Position numbers and translations under genes: made by a program. A DNA stretch of 64,000 bases, from assembly GCA_902796805.1 (NCBI GenBank), contig CADBQG010000003.1, positions 20,131 through 84,130 of the forward strand, read 5' to 3'. The notes beneath the pieces were generated by a model, which ran no database searches, was not told the DNA's origin, and was given only the letters and a program-made list of their open reading frames with translations. How positions within the stretch are numbered: position 1 is the first letter of the stretch; every line of letters begins with the position of its first letter. This stretch comes from an uncultured Bacteroidota bacterium (GTDB lineage Bacteria > Bacteroidota > Bacteroidia > Bacteroidales > WCHB1-69). Below are positions 19,181 through 29,434 of the stretch, one piece after another.

Positions 19181-20374
19181 TTAGTTTTCATTCAAGGCTT
19201 TGACACCGGGCAGTTCCTTGCCTTCGAGGTATTCGAGCATGGCGCCTCCGCCGGTGCTGATGTATGAGATATAGTCGCCGAGGTCGTATTTGTTGATGGC
19301 CGCTATCGAGTCGCCGCCGCCGACGATGGAGTATGCGCCGGCCAGTGTAGCCGCTGCAACGCTCAGCGCCACGGCGCGCGTGCCCTTGCTGAAATTCTCG
19401 AGCTCGAAAACACCAACAGGGCCGTTCCACAGTATAGTGTTCGAGTTCTTGATAACCTGGGCTATGTTCCTGCGGCTCTTGGGGCCTATGTCAAGGCCCT
19501 CCCAGCCTTCAGGGATGTTGTTGTCGTTGGGTATGAGGATGTTGGCGTCGTTGCTGAAGCGGTCGGCGCATACACTGTCCAAGCGAACCACAAAGTTCAC
19601 GCCAGTCTTGTCAACCTCCTTCAGTATATCCTTGGCAACGTCAAGCATGTCGGACTCGAAAAGCGAGTTTCCTATTTCGAGACCCATGGCTTTCAGGAAT
19701 GTGTAGCTCAGTCCGCCGCCCACGACGAGGTTGTCGACTTTGTGGAGCAGGTTCTTGAGGATGTTGATTTTCGTGGAGACCTTGGAGCCGCCTATTATGG
19801 CGGTGAAGGGGCGGACCTGTCCGTTCAAGGTTTTCTCCAGGTTCATCACCTCGTTGTACATCAGGAACCCGGCAAAGGCCTTGCCGTTGAAGAAGCGCGC
19901 CACAGTGGCTGTTGAGGCGTGTTCGCGGTGTGCTGTGCCGAAAGCGTCGTTCACATACACGTCGCCCAAGCGCGCGATGGACTCCGCGAAACCGGCATCG
20001 CCCTTTTCCTCTTCCTTGTGGAAGCGTAGGTTTTCCATGAGCGCCACTTCCCCGGGCTTGAGGTTGGAGCACACTGTCACGGCCTCCTCAGAGAGAACGT
20101 CGCCACCGAATATCACATCCTTCTCCAGTATTTCAGAGACCTTCCCTACGATATGGCGGAGTGAGAATTCGTCTTTAGCCTCTCCCTTGGGGCGACCGAG
20201 GTGAGAGAGAAGGATTACAGAGCCGCCGTCGCCAAGAATCTTGTTTATCGTTTCCCTCGTGCGTTCTATCCTTGTGGTGTCTGTAACCTCGAACTTTTCG
20301 TTCAAAGGAACGTTGTAGTCAACGCGAATCAGGGCCCTTTCGCCTTTAAAGTTATGTTCATTGATGGATTTCAT
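19181..20374 (-). CDS. pgk: Phosphoglycerate kinase
   Basis: RVDYNVP, SHLGRP, ENLRF, NDAFGTAHR, WNGPVGVFE, GGGDS, STGGGA. Confidence 0.98.
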   Translation of the reverse strand: MKSINEHNFKGERALIRVDYNVPLNEKFEVTDTTRIERTRETINKILGDGGSVILLSHLGRPKGEAKDEFSLRHIVGKVSEILEKDVIFGGDVLSEEAVTVCSNLKPGEVALMENLRFHKEEEKGDAGFAESIARLGDVYVNDAFGTAHREHASTATVARFFNGKAFAGFLMYNEVMNLEKTLNGQVRPFTAIIGGSKVSTKINILKNLLHKVDNLVVGGGLSYTFLKAMGLEIGNSLFESDMLDVAKDILKEVDKTGVNFVVRLDSVCADRFSNDANILIPNDNNIPEGWEGLDIGPKSRRNIAQVIKNSNTILWNGPVGVFELENFSKGTRAVALSVAAATLAGAYSIVGGGDSIAAINKYDLGDYISYISTGGGAMLEYLEGKELPGVKALNEN

Positions 20375-20401
20375 AATGATGTTTTTTTGTGAATGAATAT
20401 T

Positions 20402-21196
20402 TTAAATTGCCACCTCCGCTTTTATGTGCGGGTGGGGATTGTAATTTTCCAGACTGAAGTCTTCGTACTTGAACCCGAAAATGTCTTTTACGTCAGGATT
20501 TATTGACATCTTTGGAAGTTCGCGTGGCTCGCGCCCAAGTTGAAGACGTGCTTGTTCAACATGGTTTGAATAGATGTGGGCGTCGCCGAGCGTGTGCACG
20601 AACTCTTTCGGCTTCAGGCCGCATACCTGCGCCACCATCATGGTGAGGAGTGCATACGACGCGATGTTGAACGGCACGCCGAGGAACACGTCGGCGCTCC
20701 GCTGGTAGAGTTGGCACGACAAGTGGCCGTTGCTCACATAGAACTGGAAGAGGGCGTGGCAGGGCGGCAACGCCATCCTGTCAACGTCAGCCACGTTCCA
20801 TGCGCTGACTATCAGCCTGCGCGAGTCGGGATTGTTTTTGATTTGTTCCACAAGGTTGGAAATCTGGTCGATAGTGCGGTGGTCTGGAGCCTCCCACGAG
20901 CGCCACTGCTTGCCGTAAACAGGCCCGAGATCACCGTTCTCGTCGGCCCATTCGTCCCAAATTGACACGCCGTTGTCGTGCAAGTATTTCACGTTGGTGT
21001 CGCCGCTCAGAAACCACAGAAGTTCGTGTATTATCGAGCGAAGATGCAGTTTCTTTGTCGTGAGAAGCGGGAAACCCTCTTCAAGGTCGAAGCGCATCTG
21101 ATAGCCGAAGACACTGTACGTCCCGGTTCCGGTACGGTCGGACTTGAAGTTTCCTTCATCCAAAATTTTTTGCAGCAAGTCAAGATATTGCTTCAT
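20402..21196 (-). CDS. thyA: Thymidylate synthase
   Basis: [44 protein letters not shown]. Confidence 0.98.
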   Translation of the reverse strand: MKQYLDLLQKILDEGNFKSDRTGTGTYSVFGYQMRFDLEEGFPLLTTKKLHLRSIIHELLWFLSGDTNVKYLHDNGVSIWDEWADENGDLGPVYGKQWRSWEAPDHRTIDQISNLVEQIKNNPDSRRLIVSAWNVADVDRMALPPCHALFQFYVSNGHLSCQLYQRSADVFLGVPFNIASYALLTMMVAQVCGLKPKEFVHTLGDAHIYSNHVEQARLQLGREPRELPKMSINPDVKDIFGFKYEDFSLENYNPHPHIKAEVAI

Positions 21197-21205
21197 GATG
21201 TGGTT

Positions 21206-22033
21206 TTATTGGGCTACTTCCAAACTTTCAAGCATGTCGATTACGTTCGCAAGACTGTCGTTTTCAACATTCTCAATCTCGCCATTGTCGCAAAGTCCGG
21301 CCATTTCCGGGTCAACAGGCATCTTTGCCAGAAGTTTGATTTTGAACTCTTCCGCAACGCTTTCGGCCTTGCTTTCGCCGAACATCGGGATGTTCTCGCC
21401 GCAGTGCGGGCATTTAACGTAGCTGTAGTTCTCAATCAGCCCGAGTACCGGTATGTTCATCATTCCCGCCATGTTCACGGCCTTGCTCACGATAAGTCCC
21501 ACGAGGTCCTGTGGCGAGGTTATCATGAGGATTCCGTCCAGTGCGATGGTCTGGAAAACGGTGAGAGGAACATCGCCGGTGCCGGGGGGCATGTCGATGA
21601 GCAAGAAGTCGATGTTTTCCCAAATCACCTCAGTCCAGAACTGCTTCACCATGCCGGCAACCATGGGCCCGCGCCATATCACTGGCGACTTTTCGTCGGC
21701 TATCAGAAGGTTGCTCGAGATGACCTTGATGCCAGTGGATGTTTCGGCGGGATATACACCCTGTTCCGTACCCCTCACCATTTCGTGCAGATTGAACATT
21801 TTAGGTATCGACGGCCCTGTAACGTCCGCGTCCAAGATGCCCACGCGATAGCCTTTCCTGCGCAGTCCCACGGCCAACAGGGATGTTACGGAACTTTTCC
21901 CCACGCCGCCCTTGCCGCTGACTATGCCGATAACTTTCTTTATGTTGCTCAATGCGTTAGGACTCTCGTGCATGTCGCGCGAATCGCAGTCCTGCTTGCT
22001 GCATCCTTGGCAGTTATGGTTGCATTCACTCAT
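21206..22033 (-). CDS. mrp: Mrp/NBP35 (ApbC) Fe-S cluster carrier ATPase
   Basis: Cys-rich N-terminus, SGKGGVGKS, DADVTGPS, WRGP, DMPPGTGD, CPHC. Confidence 0.93.
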   Translation of the reverse strand: MSECNHNCQGCSKQDCDSRDMHESPNALSNIKKVIGIVSGKGGVGKSSVTSLLAVGLRRKGYRVGILDADVTGPSIPKMFNLHEMVRGTEQGVYPAETSTGIKVISSNLLIADEKSPVIWRGPMVAGMVKQFWTEVIWENIDFLLIDMPPGTGDVPLTVFQTIALDGILMITSPQDLVGLIVSKAVNMAGMMNIPVLGLIENYSYVKCPHCGENIPMFGESKAESVAEEFKIKLLAKMPVDPEMAGLCDNGEIENVENDSLANVIDMLESLEVAQ

Positions 22034-22055
22034 GTCTGTCTTTTTATAAAACGCG

Positions 22056-22063
22056 CAAAAGTA
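22056..22063 (-). promoter_or_regulatory. -7 element (TACTTTTG) for mrp-thyA-pgk-manC-ftcd
   Basis: TAnnTTTG on the minus strand, 22 nt upstream of the mrp ATG. Confidence 0.65.
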
Positions 22064-22198
22064 CAAAAATAAGTGAAATAAGATCAGCCTTGCAGCCATA
22101 AAATAAGTGCTGCCAAGAGTTCTGCTTTTCAGCAACGGGTTATTTGATGTCTTTTTTGTAATTTCGCGCTTTGTTTTTATAACGGAATTATATCAACA

Positions 22199-24310
22199 GT
22201 GAAGAAGTATTTTGTTTATCTGTCAGTGCTTATGATTTTTGTAAATGGTTGCAAACAAGAGCATAAAAGCAAGACCCAGGCAATTATAGACAAAGAAAGC
22301 CGTGAGGTTCCCGACTTTTCCAAGGGTGTCATGGATGAGAAGATTCTGTGGTATCTTGGCCGTCTTTCCGATGTGTGCGTGTCGCCGGACGGCAAGACAA
22401 TACTCTATGCGGTAACTTATTATGACTACCGCGAAAACAAGGGCAACACCGAACTATACACCATGCCCGTTGAAGGCGGCGAACCGGTGCGTGTCACCGT
22501 TTCAGAGAATAGCGAGATGCAGCCGGTGTGGCGCCCCGACGGGAAAAAGGTGGCCTATCTTCTGGCCGGAGACAACGGCACGCAGATTTGGGAAAGCGAT
22601 CCTGACGGAAAGAACGCCAAGGCTGTCAGCAGTTTGGACGGCGGCATAGACGGCTTCGGCTACTCTCCCGATATGAAGCGCATCTGCTATTTCAAGAAGG
22701 TGCGCCTTGAACCCACCATTGAGGAACTTTACCACGACTTGCCTAAAACCAACGCCATGATCTACGATGACCTGATGTACCGCCATTGGAACTACTGGGC
22801 CGACGGCACCTACAGCCACCTCTTTGTGGCCGACTATCCTTCGTTTGAGAATGCCGTTGACCTACAGGAAGGCAAAAAGTTCCATTGCCCCAACCCTCCT
22901 TTCGGCGGCATGGAGGAGGTTTCGTGGCATCCCGATGGAAACAGGCTGGTGTTCTGCTGTAAAACCCTCTCAGGAAAGGACTTTGCCGAAAGTACTAATA
23001 CCGACATATTCCTCTATGACCTGAAATCCGGCACCGCCGCGAACCTAACGGAGTTCAACAAAGGTTACGACATGGATCCTGTGATTTCGCCCGATGGAAG
23101 GAAGATGGCGTGGTGGAGCATGAAGACCGACGGTTTCGAGTCGGAGAAGCACAGGCTGATGGTATATGACTTTGAGACTGGCAGCCACGAGGACTTCAGC
23201 GCTGAGTTCGACCAGGACGCGACCAACTTCTCATGGAGTGAGGATTCAAGGAAAGTGTATTTCACGAGCTGCAAAGAGGCCACATATCAGATATATTCGC
23301 TGGATTTGGAATCCAGGGTTATCGAGCAGATAACCGATGGTGATTGTGACTACAACACAGTTGCTGTGGCCTGCAACGGACGACTTGTGGCAACACGCAC
23401 AACGCACGCGAACCCGTCGGAGATTTTCTCGATAGACTTGAAAGACGGGAGTGTAAGTAAGATCTCTTCGATAAACGACGAGGTTCTTGGCAAGATAACA
23501 CACGGCGAGACTGTGAAGCGCTGGGTGAAGACCACCGACGGCAAGCAGATGCTTGTGTGGGTGATTCTGCCCCCGAATTTCGATTCAACGAAAAAATATC
23601 CCGCACTTCTCTACTGTCAGGGCGGCCCGCAGTTGTCGGTGAGCCAGTTTTTCTCCTATCGGTGGAATTTCCAGATGATGGCAGCGCACGGCTATATAGT
23701 GGTCGCGCCCAACCGCCGCGGAGTGCCGGGGTTCGGCAGCGAGTGGAACGACCAGATCAGTGGCGACTATGCCGGACAGAACATGAAGGACTATCTCTCT
23801 GCCATCGACGATGTGGCCAGGGAACCGTATGTTGACAAGGAGAGACTTGGCTGTGTGGGCGCAAGCTACGGCGGATTCTCGGTGTACTGGCTTGCTGGCC
23901 ACCATGAGAAGCGGTTCAAGACATTCATTGCGCACTGCGGAATGTTCAATTTAGAGAGCTGGTATGCCACCACAGAGGAACTCTTCTTTGCCAATCACGA
24001 TATTGAAGGGCCGTATTGGAAGCAGCCGCAGCCCAAAACCTACAGTTTTTCCCCGCACAAGTTCGTGGGGAACTGGGATACGCCGATACTGGTGATACAT
24101 GGAGGCAAAGACTTCCGTATTCCTTACACTGAAGGGATGCAGGCCTTCAACGCCGCGCAGATACAGGGCATACCGAGCCGGTTTCTCTACTTCCCTGAAG
24201 AATGCCATTTCGTGTCGTCGCCGCAGAACTCCATGCTTTGGCAACGCGAATTCTTCCGCTGGCTCGACCATTGGCTGAAACCCGACACCGAAAAGCAGGC
24301 CGCCAGATGA
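22199..24310 (+). CDS. S9 family peptidase (dipeptidyl-peptidase 5-like), lipoprotein
   Basis: Lipobox VNGC, SPDG propeller repeats, GASYGG nucleophile elbow, DFRIP, FPEECH. GTG start. Confidence 0.92.
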   Translation: MKKYFVYLSVLMIFVNGCKQEHKSKTQAIIDKESREVPDFSKGVMDEKILWYLGRLSDVCVSPDGKTILYAVTYYDYRENKGNTELYTMPVEGGEPVRVTVSENSEMQPVWRPDGKKVAYLLAGDNGTQIWESDPDGKNAKAVSSLDGGIDGFGYSPDMKRICYFKKVRLEPTIEELYHDLPKTNAMIYDDLMYRHWNYWADGTYSHLFVADYPSFENAVDLQEGKKFHCPNPPFGGMEEVSWHPDGNRLVFCCKTLSGKDFAESTNTDIFLYDLKSGTAANLTEFNKGYDMDPVISPDGRKMAWWSMKTDGFESEKHRLMVYDFETGSHEDFSAEFDQDATNFSWSEDSRKVYFTSCKEATYQIYSLDLESRVIEQITDGDCDYNTVAVACNGRLVATRTTHANPSEIFSIDLKDGSVSKISSINDEVLGKITHGETVKRWVKTTDGKQMLVWVILPPNFDSTKKYPALLYCQGGPQLSVSQFFSYRWNFQMMAAHGYIVVAPNRRGVPGFGSEWNDQISGDYAGQNMKDYLSAIDDVAREPYVDKERLGCVGASYGGFSVYWLAGHHEKRFKTFIAHCGMFNLESWYATTEELFFANHDIEGPYWKQPQPKTYSFSPHKFVGNWDTPILVIHGGKDFRIPYTEGMQAFNAAQIQGIPSRFLYFPEECHFVSSPQNSMLWQREFFRWLDHWLKPDTEKQAAR

Positions 24311-25437
24311 AGTCAAACCCTTTCAAGCAGTTGAAGGAACTTTTCCGCGAGAAAACCGGCTGGAAGATCATCGACGGATACCTGCTGAAAAAGATGCTCG
24401 GCTCGGTGGTGTTCTCAATAACGCTTCTCATGACTATAGTGGTGGTTTTCGATGTTTCGGAGAACATCCAGAGGTTCATGTCGCACAACGTCCCGGCCAA
24501 GGAGGTCATAACAGGATATTATCTCAATTTCATACCCTATTTCATAAACCTTTTCATACCGCTGTTCACATTTATAAGCGTGATATGGTTCACATCGAAA
24601 CTCTCATCCCACAACGAAATCATCTCCATTTTCGACAACGGAATCAGTTTCAACAGGATGTTGGTGCCGTACATCACCGGGGCGATCATAATAATGCTCT
24701 TCTCGTTGGTCATGTCGAATTTCATCGTTCCGCGCACAAACCGCGAGCTCAACGAGTTCAAGTACAACTTTTTCGGGCGAAGAACATCAACATCGTCATA
24801 TATTCATATAAAAAACTCCGCGAACAGCTACATTTTTGTGGAACACTGGGACAAATTGGAGGAGAAGGGCTATTTTTTCACTTTCGAGGAGTTCGACAAC
24901 AATGCCATAAGGCAGAAGATTTCCGCCAACACCATCACCTACAGTGAGGATGACGGTGTATGGACACTGCACAAGTACACTCGCAGGACTGTCGACAGCA
25001 GCGGGGTGGAGACAATAGTCACCGGGGAGAGCTTTGACACGACTCTGAACATCACGCCGATGAACCTCTATCAGGACGCTTATGTGAGCGAGACGATGTC
25101 GTACAGAGAGCTTCGCAGGTTCATCAAGGAAGAGAAAAAGAGGGGGTCGTCGCTGTTGGCAAACTACCAGATTGAACAGCACAAGCGGTTGGCCAACCCG
25201 TTAGGAATAATAATAATGACGTTGCTGGGCGTGAGCGTGTCGTGCCGCAAGTCGAGCAGAGGGGTGGGAGTGCACATCTTCATAGGCATGGGTCTTGCAT
25301 TCACCTTCATTTTCCTCCAGCAGATCTCGACTGTTTTTTCCGTCTCGGGCGGTTTGCCCCCGATATTGGGCACATGGTTTCCCAACTTGATATTTGCTGC
25401 TATAACCGTAGTCATGCTGAAAATAACGCCGAAATGA
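24307..25437 (+). CDS. LptF/LptG family permease
   Basis: 3 TM, periplasmic domain, 3 TM layout, with SHNEI...GIS, HKRLANP and WFPNLIF. The ATG overlaps the upstream stop. Confidence 0.88.
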   Translation: MKSNPFKQLKELFREKTGWKIIDGYLLKKMLGSVVFSITLLMTIVVVFDVSENIQRFMSHNVPAKEVITGYYLNFIPYFINLFIPLFTFISVIWFTSKLSSHNEIISIFDNGISFNRMLVPYITGAIIIMLFSLVMSNFIVPRTNRELNEFKYNFFGRRTSTSSYIHIKNSANSYIFVEHWDKLEEKGYFFTFEEFDNNAIRQKISANTITYSEDDGVWTLHKYTRRTVDSSGVETIVTGESFDTTLNITPMNLYQDAYVSETMSYRELRRFIKEEKKRGSSLLANYQIEQHKRLANPLGIIIMTLLGVSVSCRKSSRGVGVHIFIGMGLAFTFIFLQQISTVFSVSGGLPPILGTWFPNLIFAAITVVMLKITPK

Positions 25438-25568
25438 CGCCTGTTTCCCGCAAGTTGTAAAATTATTTCGTTAAAATCTATAATCATTAAATAGTATATA
25501 TATTTATACATGTATTTTTGAGTTCATATATTTTTTTCACAACGAAAAAAAGGTATGAGAAAATTTTT

Positions 25569-25576
25569 TAACTTTG
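25569..25576 (+). promoter_or_regulatory. -7 element (TAACTTTG) for TBDR-cargo-PorV operon
   Basis: TAnnTTTG inside a very AT-rich 186-nt spacer. Confidence 0.65.
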
Positions 25577-25623
25577 CAGGCTTGTTATAATGTGGAATAG
25601 AATTTAATGTTTAATATAAATTA

Positions 25624-28600
25624 ATGGCTATGATTAAAAAATTACTCGCAACTTTAGGAGTAATCATCCTGTTCGCCGGTGCGGCATTCTCACAGAGCCA
25701 GATTAAGGGTAAAGTGATAGACCAGACGAAATCACCTTTGGCATACACAAGGGTGTTTTTGAAGGTCGGAGACCGCGTTGTAAACATGGCTACGGCCGAC
25801 GCGAACGGTGATTACACATTGTTCAACATCGATGCCGGAACTTACGATTTGGAGGCGGACGCTCAGATGACCTGCAAGAAGTCTCAGAAGAAGACAGGCG
25901 TGAACGTGCCGTCGAACCAGATTATGTTCATTGATTTCGAAATCGACTGCACATCAGATGTTGCTGAAGTCGTGATCACCTACGAGCCTCCGGTGTTCTC
26001 TGCCGACAACACTACGTCTTCAAGCCGTTTGTCGGGCGACAATGTGCGCAACACCCCCGGTCGTTCCGTGGAGTCAGCCCTCGCGAACTTGGAGGGTGTG
26101 TCGTCTGTGGACGGCAACATGTCGTCGGTGCGCGGTAACCGTTCCGACGGACAGCAGACCATTGTGGATGGTATGCGCGTGCGTGGCGGTACGGGTGTCT
26201 CGATGTCTTCCATCGAGGAGGTGCAGTTGATACAAGGCGGTGTGCCGGCCGAGTACGGCGACGGTACCTCTTTCACCGTCATCACCACAAAGCAGGCTCC
26301 CAAGGACTTCCACGGCTCATTCGAGTTGCGCGGCTCAATCGACGGATACAACAACTTCCTCGCGGCCGCTTCTGTTTCCGGTCCCCTGTTGAAGGGCAAG
26401 ACCAAAAACGACCCCACAAGGATCGGATTCCTGTTCAGCGGTGAGGTTTCCTATACACACGACTACTCGCCTCTCCGCGGCGGCTACTGGGTTGCCAACG
26501 ACGATGTGCTCGAGTCTATCATCGCGAACCCGATACGCTACAGCCAGTCGGAATTCGGCGCTCACTACCTTGAGGCCGCATACCTCACAAGCGACGCCTT
26601 CCACAAAGAGCGCGTGCGCAAGAACGCCGGCTCATGGGACTATCTCGGACAGTTAAAGCTCGACTTCATCCTCGGAAAGAGACATAACATGAAACTCTCC
26701 CTCAGCGGCTCATACGAGTACATCAAAGGCAAGTCGTGGGGTATGACTTCGGCCCTCTTCAACAATTTCAACAACCCGATATCAACCTCGAGCATGGCCC
26801 GTGCGAACGCCCGCTTCAACCACCGCGTGATTACCGACACTACTGGAAACGCGGTTCTCAAGAACCTCATGTATGACATCAACGTGTCGTACACACGTAT
26901 CGACGGCCGCTCCTACGACGCTAACCACAAGGACAACCTGTTCGAATACGGCTACCTCGGCCAGTTTACAACCAACAAAGTGAGGAGCTACTCGTACAAC
27001 GACGAGCTCACAATCAATATAGACAGTGTGCCTGCGATATTCTACAACGCCTACCAGTTCAACGGCTGGTGGGATTCTGTAGTAACATTCAGAATCCACC
27101 CCAACTACAACTGCAACCCCGTGCTCGCGCAATACACACTCAACTTCCTCGACCGTTTCCCGACAGAGACCATTTATGACTACTACGGAACAACTATGAT
27201 TCCATACGACCTTAACCTCTACCAGCAGTTCGGCGCCTTGAGGAACGGTGACAGCCCCGAGTCGATCTACTCGATGTACACATCGCCCGGCGTTGTACTC
27301 TCCGGCTACAGCAAGTCGTCGTCTGACCAGTTGGGCGTGAAGGCCAGTGTCTCGATGAACATCAAGGATCATGAGCTGAAGTTCGGTTACGACTTCGAGA
27401 AGCTGACATACCGCGGCTGGGGAATCTCCCCCACAGCACTGTGGCAGCTCATGCGCAACGAGACCAACTACCATATATCAGAGCTTGACCTCGACAACCC
27501 CATCATAAGCGACAACGGCGAAAACATCTATATTGACTATAACCGTTTGAACAAACTCGAGGACCAGACAGTTTTCGACAGAAACCTTCGTACAGCCCTT
27601 GGAATGGATCCCAACGGTTCAGAATGGATTGACATCGACAACCTGACGCCGAACACTTTCGATGTGAGCATGTTCTCAGCTGAAGAGCTCCTGCTCGGAA
27701 CCTCTTCCGGCGCCGGCTCACTTGTAAGCTACTATGGTTATGACTACACCGGAAAGAAGTACAACAAGAAGACAACAATCGACGACTTCTTCAACGGTGT
27801 TGACAAGAACGGACAGAAGACCTACCACATAGGCGCCTACGAGCCTATCTACATGGCATTCTACATCCAGGACAAGTTTGCCATAAACTCATTGCTTTTC
27901 AACATCGGTCTCCGTGTTGACCGTTTCGACGCGAACCAGCCGGTGCTGAAGGACCCGTATCTTTTCCGCGAAGCCTATACCGTGGGCCAGCTCCGCAACA
28001 TCAACAAGGATCTCAACTTTGTTGAGAACGCGACCAGCGACTGGGTTGTTTATTGTGCCGGAGAAAACGTTTACATGAGCGAGGCTGACATTGCCGCCGA
28101 CGGTTTCACCGAAAATTCAATCATAGGTTACCGTTACGGCGACACTTGGTACGACGCGAAAGGTAACATCGTTACAGACCCTGAGGCAGAGCTTTCCATG
28201 ATCATGAGCCCTGTGCTCAAGAACGAGGTTAACCCTGAAGCCATCACAAAAGTTGAGGCCGCCGCTTTCACGGACTACAAGGCCCAATGGTCGGTGATGC
28301 CGCGTATCTCCTTCTCTTTTCCTGTAAGCGACAACTCATTGTTCTACGCACACTACAACATCATAACCTCACGTCCAACAAACCTGCAGATTTCGCCTGT
28401 TGACTACATGTTCATCTCAAGGCGTAACTCCGCAAGCAACATTGTGTACAACCCGAGCATGAAGCCGCAGCAGAGTATCGACTACGAAATCGGTTTCCGT
28501 CAGAAGATCGGTGCGCGTTCAGCCATCAGCATCAGCGCATACTATTCCGAAAAGCGTAACCAGATTCAGGCGTACCGCTTCTCGGGCGCATATCCGAACA

Positions 28601-29409
28601 CTTACTATTCGTTCCAGAACATAGACTTCGGAACAGTTCAAGGTTTCACATTCTCATACAAGATGAACAGGACCAAGAATATGACACTTTCTGCCAACTA
28701 CACACTCCAGTTCGCGAAGGGTACCGGTTCAAGCTCGCAGTCGCAGCTGTCGATTATCGCTTCCGGCCAGCCGAACCTCAGAACCCTCACCAACCTTTCA
28801 TTCGACCAGCGTCACAGAATCGGTGTCAACTTCGACTATCGTTTCGAGAGCGGCCTGAACTACGACGGCCCGAAGTCTGAGAAAGTGAAGATTGTTGACG
28901 GCAAGGAGACTGTTAAGACGATAGAGTGGCTTGCCAACACCGGATTCTCGTTCTTGTTCTCGGCTGCTTCAGGAACACCGTACACACGTTCCAGCACGCC
29001 TTATTCAACCATCGTTTCGGGAACACGTTCAACACTTTCCGGTTCTATAAACGGCTCGAACCTTCCTTGGCAGTACCAGGCCGACCTGCGTATAGACAAG
29101 ACCTTCATGTTCAACTTCAACAAGAACAAGAAGGACGAGAACGGCAAGGCGAAGGCAGCGAAGATGGGCTATGTTACTGTTTACATTGACATCCAGAACC
29201 TCTTCAACTTCAAGAACGTGATTTCAGTTTACGACTACACAGGCAACCCCGACGACGACGGTTACCTCTCGGCTGCCACTTACCAGCAGCAGATCAACTC
29301 CCAGATCTATGTTCCCGCATACATAAACTACTACCAGATGAGGATGCAGACACCTTATAACTACAGCCGTCCATTCCGTGCAAGTTTGGGTGTCCAGTTC
29401 GGATTTTAA
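25624..29409 (+). CDS. TonB-dependent receptor with N-terminal carboxypeptidase-regulatory-like domain
   Basis: Signal peptide, IKGKVID...ADANGDY, plug VRGNRSD...VDG...IEEVQLIQGGVPAEYGD, barrel motifs GLRVDRFD, PRISFSFP and YEIGF, terminal F. Confidence 0.92.
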   Translation: MAMIKKLLATLGVIILFAGAAFSQSQIKGKVIDQTKSPLAYTRVFLKVGDRVVNMATADANGDYTLFNIDAGTYDLEADAQMTCKKSQKKTGVNVPSNQIMFIDFEIDCTSDVAEVVITYEPPVFSADNTTSSSRLSGDNVRNTPGRSVESALANLEGVSSVDGNMSSVRGNRSDGQQTIVDGMRVRGGTGVSMSSIEEVQLIQGGVPAEYGDGTSFTVITTKQAPKDFHGSFELRGSIDGYNNFLAAASVSGPLLKGKTKNDPTRIGFLFSGEVSYTHDYSPLRGGYWVANDDVLESIIANPIRYSQSEFGAHYLEAAYLTSDAFHKERVRKNAGSWDYLGQLKLDFILGKRHNMKLSLSGSYEYIKGKSWGMTSALFNNFNNPISTSSMARANARFNHRVITDTTGNAVLKNLMYDINVSYTRIDGRSYDANHKDNLFEYGYLGQFTTNKVRSYSYNDELTINIDSVPAIFYNAYQFNGWWDSVVTFRIHPNYNCNPVLAQYTLNFLDRFPTETIYDYYGTTMIPYDLNLYQQFGALRNGDSPESIYSMYTSPGVVLSGYSKSSSDQLGVKASVSMNIKDHELKFGYDFEKLTYRGWGISPTALWQLMRNETNYHISELDLDNPIISDNGENIYIDYNRLNKLEDQTVFDRNLRTALGMDPNGSEWIDIDNLTPNTFDVSMFSAEELLLGTSSGAGSLVSYYGYDYTGKKYNKKTTIDDFFNGVDKNGQKTYHIGAYEPIYMAFYIQDKFAINSLLFNIGLRVDRFDANQPVLKDPYLFREAYTVGQLRNINKDLNFVENATSDWVVYCAGENVYMSEADIAADGFTENSIIGYRYGDTWYDAKGNIVTDPEAELSMIMSPVLKNEVNPEAITKVEAAAFTDYKAQWSVMPRISFSFPVSDNSLFYAHYNIITSRPTNLQISPVDYMFISRRNSASNIVYNPSMKPQQSIDYEIGFRQKIGARSAISISAYYSEKRNQIQAYRFSGAYPNTYYSFQNIDFGTVQGFTFSYKMNRTKNMTLSANYTLQFAKGTGSSSQSQLSIIASGQPNLRTLTNLSFDQRHRIGVNFDYRFESGLNYDGPKSEKVKIVDGKETVKTIEWLANTGFSFLFSAASGTPYTRSSTPYSTIVSGTRSTLSGSINGSNLPWQYQADLRIDKTFMFNFNKNKKDENGKAKAAKMGYVTVYIDIQNLFNFKNVISVYDYTGNPDDDGYLSAATYQQQINSQIYVPAYINYYQMRMQTPYNYSRPFRASLGVQFGF

Positions 29410-29434
29410 TCAATAGAAAAAAAATAAAAGATAT

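Noticed and set aside
20978-22072. 364-aa + strand ORF antisense to thyA/mrp (and similar antisense ORFs at 12930, 17234, 41960, 60288)
   Set aside because: Each fully overlaps confidently identified minus-strand genes and has no recognisable domain.
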